Source: a virus
Taxonomy: Duplodnaviria > Caudoviricetes
IMG/VR virus record: IMGVR_UViG_3300030708_004113
Location: 1 to 37,543 of that record
DNA: 37,543 bases
Reading direction: 5' to 3' (one strand)
The translations under genes and the position numbers were made by a program. Under the pieces are notes generated by a model. It saw only the letters and a program-made list of their open reading frames with translations, did no database searches and was not told the origin of the DNA. Every line of letters starts with the position of its first letter. Positions within the stretch are counted from its first letter, which is position 1. This document shows positions 9,596 through 17,335 of this stretch, piece after piece.

Positions 9596-10311
9596 TGACA
9601 CCCATATTTAAGTCCACCTACTCAATAGGAAAGAGTATATTAAAGCTAGATGAGATTATTGATATCTCCAAAGAGCATAATATTAATCCTTTGGTTTTAG
9701 TGGAAGACTCTATGACGGGTTTTGTCAAGTGTCACAATACCTGCAAGGAGGAGGGCATCCATCTAATTTTTGGATTGAGATTGACTTGTTGCAACAACAC
9801 TCAAGAAGAAGGTAATCTATCAGATCACAAGGTAATAATTTTCGCAAAGGACGACGAGGGATGCAAGCTAATCAATAAAATTTATTCTTTCTCCCAAATG
9901 CTAGGAGGAGGAAAAGTGGACCTTGCTTACCTCAATAGTGTTTGGGACGAATCTTCGGTAGAGATGGTTATCCCATTCTATGACTCATTCCTTTATCAAA
10001 ATCAGTTTTACCTTAAAAACTGCATCCCAGACTTTATGGACATCTCGCCAACTTTCTGGCTAGAATCAAATAACCTGCCATTTGATTTTTTGTTAGCTGA
10101 AAAAGTTGTCTCCTTCGCTAACTCAATCTCTAAACCAATTGAGTCTGTAAAAACAATTCTATATAAAAATAAGAAGGATGTAGAAGCTCTACAGACTTAC
10201 AAGATATTGTGCAATAGAAATTTTGGCAGAGCAGCCACCTTAAGCAGCCCCAACCTTAACCACTTTGGCAGCAATGAATTCTGCCTTGAGTCCTATTTAC
10301 AACATGCATGA
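9595..10311 (+). CDS. Stand-alone PHP domain of DNA polymerase III alpha (metal ligands degenerate)
   Basis: FKSTYSIGKSIL matches DnaE HSEYSLLDG; LVEDSMTGFVK, IHLIFGL and IFAKDDEGCKLINKI match LLAKN.EGY.NL.KL. Start set at ATG 9595. Confidence 0.8.
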   Translation: MTPIFKSTYSIGKSILKLDEIIDISKEHNINPLVLVEDSMTGFVKCHNTCKEEGIHLIFGLRLTCCNNTQEEGNLSDHKVIIFAKDDEGCKLINKIYSFSQMLGGGKVDLAYLNSVWDESSVEMVIPFYDSFLYQNQFYLKNCIPDFMDISPTFWLESNNLPFDFLLAEKVVSFANSISKPIESVKTILYKNKKDVEALQTYKILCNRNFGRAATLSSPNLNHFGSNEFCLESYLQHA

Positions 10312-10936
10312 GCCATTACTTAGATTCAACAAAAAACAAAGATACGTTGTTTTTGACACTGAAACAGAAGGATTAAATTTAGTCACTTCTCGACCTTGGC
10401 AAGTAGCTTGGCTATTGGTTGAGGGAGACACAATAATTGATAAGCATGATTACTATATCCACTGGCCTAATTTAAACGTATCGGAAGGTGCAGCAAGGGT
10501 TACGGGATTTTCCTATAAAGAATACTCCAAGAAATCACTGCCCCCTAACACTGTTTGGGAAAAGTTTTCAAAGGATCTATACGACGAAAACAATCTCATT
10601 GTCGGTCAGAACCTTTTAGGTTTTGATGTTTACATGGTTAACGTGTGGCGAAAACTTATGGGGCTGGGGGGTAATTATTCCTATGTAAAAAGAATCATCG
10701 ACACCAAATCTCTAGCCACAGCTATAGCCAAACAAATTCCAGTGGAGAGGGAGAACCTCATTGCTTGGCAATATAGACTCCTAAATCATAGGGAGAGGGG
10801 ACTCAAAACATCTCAGGCGACCCTGTTAAAAAAGTATAACATTGATCACGACCCCAAAAGACTGCACGATGCTCTGTATGACATCGAGATGAACTTTAAG
10901 GTTTTCAGAAAGCAATTATTTGACTTGGAGATATGA
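10304..10936 (+). CDS. dnaQ: DEDDh 3'-5' proofreading exonuclease (DnaQ/epsilon-like)
   Basis: ExoI VVFDTETEG, ExoII GQNLLGFDV, ExoIII HDALYDI. Start set at ATG 10304. Confidence 0.88.
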   Translation: MHEPLLRFNKKQRYVVFDTETEGLNLVTSRPWQVAWLLVEGDTIIDKHDYYIHWPNLNVSEGAARVTGFSYKEYSKKSLPPNTVWEKFSKDLYDENNLIVGQNLLGFDVYMVNVWRKLMGLGGNYSYVKRIIDTKSLATAIAKQIPVERENLIAWQYRLLNHRERGLKTSQATLLKKYNIDHDPKRLHDALYDIEMNFKVFRKQLFDLEI

Positions 10937-13488
10937 ATTTCAATCCCTATAAACCTTACAAAACACCTTTCCCTGTAGGAGTTAAGCTTCCTCAAATTAA
11001 AATAGAAAAAAAATATTACGAAGAAGTTTCTTGCTCAGACCTGGAAGACAACTATCAATTCCTTCGTAAGCTTTGCTTCGCAAAAGTTAAAGAAAAGGAA
11101 ATAGATAAACTTGAAAACGCTCAAGTCTATTACGACAGACTTAAAGAGGAGCTTACAATTTTTAAGGATCTTGGCTTTGTCGATTACATTTTACTAAACT
11201 GGGACATTCTCAACTATTGCAAAGAGAATGACATTCCCACTGGCGCTGGAAGAGGTAGTGCCGCAGGTTCCTTGGTTCTTTATGTTATTGGCGTAACCAA
11301 TATCGACCCGATTGAATATGACTTGTTCTTTGAAAGATTTGTTTCCAAGAGTAGGGCTAGAAAAATTGAACACAACGGAGAGATTTATCTCGATGGAAGC
11401 TTGTTGGCTGATGTTGACAATGATATATCCTATGATCGTCGCGCCGAGGTAATTAATTATATTGAAAAAAAATTCAAGGGACGCACATCTAAAATTCTCA
11501 CACTAAACACTCTAAGCAGCAAGCTTTGCATGAAAGAGTGTGGAAAGATAGTGGGAGAACTGAGCGAGACTGAAGTAAATCAAATTAGCGATACCATTCC
11601 TAAGCATTTTGGCATCGTATCTAAGCTGAATATAGCCTATGACGAGAGTGAGACCTTTAAAAGTCACGCTGATAAACACCCCAAGGTTTTCAAGATAGCA
11701 AAAAAATTAGAGGGACTAAACAAAAACACAGGTGTCCATCCCTCTGGTATCTGTATATCATATTTTGATTTGGAGGATATAATGCCCCTACAGACTACTA
11801 ATGATGGAGCATTAGTTTCTGGTTATGACATGAACGATGTTTCCAGCCTTAGTGTCAAATTTGATATCCTTGGACTGAGAACGTTATCTGTGGTTCACGA
11901 TGTTTGCAAACAACTAGGCATAGAAGCATCTCAAATAGATCCTCATGACCCCTTAATATATACAGCACTAGCATCACTGAGATGCCCCCAAGGACTATTT
12001 CAAATTGAGGCAGACACCAACTTTAAAGTATGCCAACAAATCGCACCAAGAAACCTTGAACAACTTTCTGCGGTTGTGGCTATTGCTAGACCTGGGGCTT
12101 TAGACTTTAAGGACAGATACGCTGACTATGCTAGAACAGGAGAATTCCAGTCTGTGCATGAATTTTTTGATGACATACTTAGTTATACAGGCGGCATTCC
12201 TTTGTATCAAGAACAGTTAATGAAGATGGCTGTTAAAGTGGGTTTCAGCCTTGATGAATCGGAGCAGTTGCGCCGTATCGTGGGCAAGAAGAAGGTTGAT
12301 CAGATGCCAGCATGGAAAGCAAAGATTGAGCAAAAGATCAGTGACGGCAACCTTGACCCCGCCATAGGTGATGTTTTGTGGAGAGTCGCAGAGGATTCAG
12401 CAAATTACTCTTTCAACAAGTCGCATTCCATTAGCTACGCACACCTTGCAGCCCTTACAGTTTACCTGAAATTTAAATATCCTCAAGAGTTCTTTTTAAG
12501 TCTTTTAAAATATGCAAAATATGAGCCAAGTCCCCATGAAGAGATAGCAAAAATCTCTCAAGAGCTTCCTCAGTTTGACATAACCCTACTTCCTCCCGAC
12601 TTAAACAAGTCTGATATAGACTTCAAAATTGAGGGTAAAAACATTAGATACGGATTGAACTCTATTAAAGGGGTGTCAGAAAAAGTATTGGAAGCGCTTT
12701 TAGAGTTTCGTGAAGATTCATTTGCTAATAAATATGAAGTTTTCATTTCAGCAAAACAAGCTGGCCTCAATATAGGAACTCTTTCTGCTCTTATTCAAGC
12801 TGGCCTTTTGGATTCTTTTGTAAAAAAGAGTCGCTCAAGATTGGTCTTAGAGGCACAAACTTTCAATATTCTAACAGACAGAGAAAAAAGAAACTTCATT
12901 GCCTTGGGAGATAAATATAATTTTGACATCTTGGAGTCAATCCATGACGTTAAAAAATCCGACTGTGTGGGAGACGATAATCGTAAAATGTTCACAGATA
13001 AAAGGTTTGAGACCTTTAAGAAAAAGTTTCAACCATATAAGGACATTTACTCTATGAACATAGAGCATATTAAATATGCCAACTGGTTCTTTGAGGAGAA
13101 GCTATTGGGGTATAGTTATTCACACAATGTAAGAGAGGTCTTCAATCACGGTGAGGATTTTAATTCTGCCATGCAGATAAAAGACATGGAGCAACGCAGC
13201 CATATTAAGTTTGTAGGGATATTGACAGATATCATACGCAGAACCAGCAGAAACGGAAACAAATATGCTCGTTTCTCCCTTCAGGATGAAGGCGGCGTAG
13301 TGGAGGGATTGTTCCTTGACAGCGCAAGGGATGCGAGGTTAACTAACTACCTAGATAGTGGCAAAAAACTACCGCAAAAAGGAGATATTGTGATTGTTCA
13401 TGGGAGTGTTGGCGATGACGTTGTTTTCATAGATAAAGTGTTCCCGCTAAAGGATAAAATCTACATGAAGCTATCTGACGTAAAGTAG
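10933..13488 (+). CDS. dnaE: DNA polymerase III alpha catalytic core lacking the PHP domain
   Basis: GRGSAAGSLVLY, LFFERF, catalytic DVDND, TGVHPSG, KFDILGL, LYQEQLM, FNKSH, IRYGLNSIKGV (HhH), C-terminal OB fold. Confidence 0.95.
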   Translation: MNFNPYKPYKTPFPVGVKLPQIKIEKKYYEEVSCSDLEDNYQFLRKLCFAKVKEKEIDKLENAQVYYDRLKEELTIFKDLGFVDYILLNWDILNYCKENDIPTGAGRGSAAGSLVLYVIGVTNIDPIEYDLFFERFVSKSRARKIEHNGEIYLDGSLLADVDNDISYDRRAEVINYIEKKFKGRTSKILTLNTLSSKLCMKECGKIVGELSETEVNQISDTIPKHFGIVSKLNIAYDESETFKSHADKHPKVFKIAKKLEGLNKNTGVHPSGICISYFDLEDIMPLQTTNDGALVSGYDMNDVSSLSVKFDILGLRTLSVVHDVCKQLGIEASQIDPHDPLIYTALASLRCPQGLFQIEADTNFKVCQQIAPRNLEQLSAVVAIARPGALDFKDRYADYARTGEFQSVHEFFDDILSYTGGIPLYQEQLMKMAVKVGFSLDESEQLRRIVGKKKVDQMPAWKAKIEQKISDGNLDPAIGDVLWRVAEDSANYSFNKSHSISYAHLAALTVYLKFKYPQEFFLSLLKYAKYEPSPHEEIAKISQELPQFDITLLPPDLNKSDIDFKIEGKNIRYGLNSIKGVSEKVLEALLEFREDSFANKYEVFISAKQAGLNIGTLSALIQAGLLDSFVKKSRSRLVLEAQTFNILTDREKRNFIALGDKYNFDILESIHDVKKSDCVGDDNRKMFTDKRFETFKKKFQPYKDIYSMNIEHIKYANWFFEEKLLGYSYSHNVREVFNHGEDFNSAMQIKDMEQRSHIKFVGILTDIIRRTSRNGNKYARFSLQDEGGVVEGLFLDSARDARLTNYLDSGKKLPQKGDIVIVHGSVGDDVVFIDKVFPLKDKIYMKLSDVK

Positions 13489-13499
13489 TGTAATTAATT

Positions 13500-15929
13500 A
13501 TGATGGGTTTAACAGACTTCAACCTAACCCCGAAAGCGAAAAAGGGACTTAAGGATGCTAAAAAATTTGCAGAGGCAAATGGCCACTCTTTGGTTACTAA
13601 CGCCCATTTAGTCTATGGGTGCTTGGTTAATATCTCAGATAGCTGCGCCTTAAAGCTTAAAAATTATGGAATAACCTTTGATCCGAAGCTATTTATCAAG
13701 ACTTTTAAAACCTACGCTTCAGAGAATAAAAATTCTTTTAAAGCTAAAAAGGGGCAGGGATTTTGGCATGACGAGGTGAATGAGGTTATATTCTTTGCTA
13801 AAGAATTTTCAGATAATTTTGATAGTTATTTCATCGGTGTTGAACATATTTTGTATGTTATACTAGACATGGGTGGCCCCTTTGTGGAGCATCTTGCCGA
13901 AGCTGGTATTGATGTGGAGTATGCAAAGGATATTATCGAAACTCATGTTTTAGAAACCAGCATCCCACCAACCGATCAAATCAAAAACATTCTTCAGATC
14001 GAAGGCAAAAAACTAAACCAAACCCCCACAGAGGCTCCTCGACAAGCTTTAGAGCATCTCAGTAAATATTGCGTAAATCTAAATCACCACTTTTTAGTTA
14101 AACGTTCTTCTAAAATTTCAGGAAGAGACAAGGAGACTGATGAGCTTATAGAAATACTTTCCAAGAAAAATAAAAGTAATGCAATTCTTGTGGGAGAGGC
14201 TGGCGTTGGCAAGACCGCCATTGTTGAAGGGTTAGCTCAAAGAATAGTTAATCAAGAATGCCCAGCACACATGTCCTTAATGCAAATTTGCACGGTGGAC
14301 ATTAGCGCAATGGTGGCAGGAACGAAATACAGGGGAGAATTTGAAGAGAGGTTCAAGTCTCTCATTGCAGAGGCCGAGAGAGAGTCAAACATCATACTGT
14401 TTTTTGATGAGATTCATACAATTATTGGCGCTGGCAACTCTGAGGGTGCAGTGGATGCATCAAATATGTTAAAACCCGCTCTAGCAAGGGGTAGCATTAA
14501 ATGCATAGGCGCTACGACTACACAGGAGTATAAGAAATTCTTTGAAAAGGACAGCGCCATGAAGCGCAGGTTTGATAAGATCATGGTAGATGAACCTAGT
14601 CGCACTGCGACCAAAGAGATTATCATGAACGCCCTTCCTTTTTATGAGGATTTCCATAGGGTCAAGTATCAAGAGAAAGACATTGACACTATCTTGGATT
14701 TTTGTGAAAAATTTCTTAACCATAAGAGATTTCCAGATAAAGCTTTTGATGTAATTGACCAAGTTGGAGCAAAAACAAAGATCAAATATGACCATATACC
14801 GTCAAAAGTAGCGAAAGCTCGCACTAGGTTCTGTGAGTTCTTGGTTGATACTTCCAATGACCCCAATCTAGACGAGGAGCAGTTCACCAAGTTTCTAAAA
14901 GACTACTTAGAAACAATGGCTAAACACGGAGAAGCAAAAGGTAAAAAAGAAAAAATTCGGCAAAAAGATATTATTGAGGTTATGACCGATAAAACTGGCT
15001 TATCGGCTAAAACATTGTCAAAAAATTCCTCCTTCACCTCGTTTCACAAAAAAATGAACAGTGAAATCTTTGGGCAAGAAAAGAATATTCAAATCATACA
15101 TAATGCTCTATCTTGTGCAAAAGCTGGCCTCAATGACTCTCAAAAACCGCTTTCTAATTTTTTGTTTATAGGAGACACAAGTGTCGGAAAAACTTTCACG
15201 GCGAAAAAAATATCAAAGTATTTCTATGGCAATGAAAAAGCTTTTATCCAGCTAAACATGAGTGAATATCAGGACAAAACTGGTATTTCAAAATTGTTGG
15301 GGGCTAACGCTGGGTATGTCGGATATGAGGAGGGCGGCTTGCTTACTGAGTTTGTCAGAGAGAACCCCAACTGTGTGGTTCTTTTTGATGAGATAGAGAA
15401 GTGTGATGCTAAAATTTTAGATGTATTATTACACATACTAGATGAAGGCTATGCAACAGATAATCTTAACCGTAAAATAGACTTTACAGGCACCGTTATC
15501 ATCATGACCTCTAATATCGGACAGGACAAGAAGGGTAAGCGGAGCATGGGTTTCCTCTCTCAAGAAGAACCTGCCTCTGATAGTTATAAAAAGTCCTTAA
15601 AAAAACATTTGCGTCCTGAACTTTTAGCTCGTATTGACGAAATAATCTTTTTCAATAACTTGGAAGATTCTCATTTAATGAAAATCATCAACAGGGAACT
15701 GCTTCAAATTAAAGAGCGTTTGCTTAATAAAGGGGTAAAGTGGAGCTATAGCCTGAGCTTGCAAAAATATATTTTTAATCATATTAAAGAAAAGAATAAT
15801 CATGCAAGAGAGATAAAAAACATGGTTAAAGTTCTAGTTCAAGTCCCCCTCTCTCAGTTCATTGTTAAAAACAGAAATATAGAAAATATTTCTTCAAAAA
15901 TTGTAGACAAAACCCTTACTTTTGATTAA
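13500..15929 (+). CDS. ClpC/ClpA-type Hsp100 AAA+ ATPase
   Basis: Clp-N repeats; D1 GEAGVGKT, KYRG, FFDEIH, RFPDKAFD; D2 GDTSVGKT, NMSEY, GYVGYEEGG, LFDEIEK; SMGFL ClpP-docking-type loop; RPELLARID. Confidence 0.92.
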   Translation: MMGLTDFNLTPKAKKGLKDAKKFAEANGHSLVTNAHLVYGCLVNISDSCALKLKNYGITFDPKLFIKTFKTYASENKNSFKAKKGQGFWHDEVNEVIFFAKEFSDNFDSYFIGVEHILYVILDMGGPFVEHLAEAGIDVEYAKDIIETHVLETSIPPTDQIKNILQIEGKKLNQTPTEAPRQALEHLSKYCVNLNHHFLVKRSSKISGRDKETDELIEILSKKNKSNAILVGEAGVGKTAIVEGLAQRIVNQECPAHMSLMQICTVDISAMVAGTKYRGEFEERFKSLIAEAERESNIILFFDEIHTIIGAGNSEGAVDASNMLKPALARGSIKCIGATTTQEYKKFFEKDSAMKRRFDKIMVDEPSRTATKEIIMNALPFYEDFHRVKYQEKDIDTILDFCEKFLNHKRFPDKAFDVIDQVGAKTKIKYDHIPSKVAKARTRFCEFLVDTSNDPNLDEEQFTKFLKDYLETMAKHGEAKGKKEKIRQKDIIEVMTDKTGLSAKTLSKNSSFTSFHKKMNSEIFGQEKNIQIIHNALSCAKAGLNDSQKPLSNFLFIGDTSVGKTFTAKKISKYFYGNEKAFIQLNMSEYQDKTGISKLLGANAGYVGYEEGGLLTEFVRENPNCVVLFDEIEKCDAKILDVLLHILDEGYATDNLNRKIDFTGTVIIMTSNIGQDKKGKRSMGFLSQEEPASDSYKKSLKKHLRPELLARIDEIIFFNNLEDSHLMKIINRELLQIKERLLNKGVKWSYSLSLQKYIFNHIKEKNNHAREIKNMVKVLVQVPLSQFIVKNRNIENISSKIVDKTLTFD

Positions 15930-15939
15930 TATATAGCCA
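15904..15939 (+). promoter_or_regulatory. Putative leaderless promoter inside the Clp 3' end
   Basis: A-tract, then TAGACA (15904-15909), 17 nt, TAATAT (15927-15932), 6 nt, ATG 15939. Confidence 0.55.
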
Positions 15940-16163
15940 TGAAGAGAGTAAATACTAGAGTGATGAGAGCTATCCGCAATACGCGGGGACGCTTTTTTGG
16001 TCTTTATACCACGCAGGGCGAAGCTATGAACGCTCAACTTATGGGTGAAACTGATAAGTATGTTCAGGTCTATGACCGTAACGCTGGAGAAAACCGCAAA
16101 CTTGCCAAAACAAGTATTTGTGGTGTTCGTTTGGCTCAACAGAATTTTGGTAAAGTTTTCTAG
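15939..16163 (+). CDS. Small basic protein with a predicted Sm/Hfq- or WYL-like beta-barrel
   Basis: N-terminal helix followed by a five-strand pattern alignable by eye to Hfq; has its own promoter and terminator. Confidence 0.6.
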   Translation: MKRVNTRVMRAIRNTRGRFFGLYTTQGEAMNAQLMGETDKYVQVYDRNAGENRKLAKTSICGVRLAQQNFGKVF

Positions 16164-16226
16164 GTCGGACTGGAAAACTTTCTCAAAAACGGGGAGGAGC
16201 ATGGTTGCTAATCAATCTCCCCACCA
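16152..16226 (+). ncRNA. Structured 3' RNA: 12-bp hairpin plus a 36-nt acceptor-stem-like hairpin ending ACCA
   Basis: AAAGTTTTCTAG/CTGGAAAACTTT (16152-16181); GGGGAGG...TCTCCCC-ACCA with inner AGCA/TGCT stem (16191-16226). Confidence 0.35.
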
Positions 16227-16232
16227 AACCCC

Positions 16233-16269
16233 AATTAACCCCCTTGAAAAAGGGGGTTAATTCTTTATT
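16233..16269 (+). terminator. Rho-independent terminator
   Basis: 13-bp perfect stem AATTAACCCCCTT / AAGGGGGTTAATT with a GAAA loop, followed by CTTTATT. Confidence 0.75.
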
Positions 16270-16277
16270 ATATTAGG
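16244..16277 (+). promoter_or_regulatory. Putative leaderless promoter overlapping the terminator
   Basis: TTGAAA (16244-16249), 16 nt, TATTAT (16266-16271), 5 nt, GTG 16277. Confidence 0.45.
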
Positions 16278-17332
16278 TGAATCTATCGTCAATACTAAAC
16301 AACAGAATATTTTCAGTAGACTCTTCATTTAGCCAAAACTCCATGTTGGGCCAAGAATTTCTACAGAAATGTCTAAAGGAATCAAATATTTCTGACACAA
16401 TTAAAACTATCTCCGTGCTTTCTGAAGAAAACAACTATGACTCTTATGAAATAGAGACTGTTGAACAGAGAGTTTTTCGAGTAAAGATATCTTTCGATAG
16501 TAAAAATTATGATCTAAAAAGAGAGTTAGACGTTTTACATAAAACTCAGGGTATAGCTACGGGAAAACCGTTCTCTTTCAAAGAATCAAAAAATACTTAT
16601 TTGGTCTTTCAGTTTCCACAGTCAATTAACGTTTTAGAATTACCTAAATCAGAGTTGATTGAAGATCGGAATAATTTGTTCCGCGCATATTTCACTCTCA
16701 ACGGGGCAATATCGCCAAACCCCAAGCGTAAATATAAATCAATTATAAAAGAGCATACAAAAAACTTAAGCCTTAAAAATTTTCCAAAAGATTCTGTAGA
16801 TGCAATTAAAGATTATTCTGATTACGATATTTTAAATAAATTTTTAACTAAATTATCTACAGAGATTCAAGACAGGGTAAGCAAAATTGACGCTTCTAAG
16901 ACCTGTCTTGGGGGAATGCCCATGAAAAATATTTTTTATTCTAATGGGTTGTATTTTTTTGATTACCTTCACAGAACCTCACTGTGTCACCCTTTTATTG
17001 ATTTAGTTGACTTTATTTTAGATTTTGGTGCAGATAATAAGACGGAAACTTTGTTTTTAGATGAGTTCTGTAAAGTTGGAAATCTAGATAAAGATCGACA
17101 TCTTTACAATGAGATATACCAGCTACAATTAAGACAAAAGCTCCTAGACATGGTGAGCCAATATTTATTAGAGGTATATGTTTTACGTTCTCAGCGTATT
17201 ACCAATTTGGTTGATTTAGCTAATTTATTTGCCCAGTCTTTGGATAGATTTAGATGCATTCCTGTGTTTCTGGATAATAATAGTTTTTTACTAAAAACAA
17301 TAACTGAGCCGATTTTAGGTGTAAAAGCTTAA
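16277..17332 (+). CDS. APH/choline-kinase-like fold protein, catalytic loop degenerate
   Basis: YDSYEI...VFRVKI...LKRELDVL N-lobe; CLGGMPMKNIFY...FFDY...CHPFIDL aligns to CHGDL...NIL...IDW...DP..DL. Confidence 0.5.
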   Translation: MNLSSILNNRIFSVDSSFSQNSMLGQEFLQKCLKESNISDTIKTISVLSEENNYDSYEIETVEQRVFRVKISFDSKNYDLKRELDVLHKTQGIATGKPFSFKESKNTYLVFQFPQSINVLELPKSELIEDRNNLFRAYFTLNGAISPNPKRKYKSIIKEHTKNLSLKNFPKDSVDAIKDYSDYDILNKFLTKLSTEIQDRVSKIDASKTCLGGMPMKNIFYSNGLYFFDYLHRTSLCHPFIDLVDFILDFGADNKTETLFLDEFCKVGNLDKDRHLYNEIYQLQLRQKLLDMVSQYLLEVYVLRSQRITNLVDLANLFAQSLDRFRCIPVFLDNNSFLLKTITEPILGVKA

Positions 17333-17335
17333 GTA

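Noticed and set aside
9595-13488. Split intein or intron explaining the fragmented dnaE
   Set aside because: No intein terminal motifs or homing endonuclease seen; the intervening ORF is a complete DEDDh exonuclease.
16164-16226. Full tRNA or tmRNA gene
   Set aside because: Only an acceptor-like stem and ACCA are present, with no D arm, anticodon arm or T loop. Kept only as a minihelix-like observation.
16045-16260. 71-aa + strand ORF overlapping the 74-aa gene
   Set aside because: It overlaps a better-supported gene and runs through three hairpins and the terminator.
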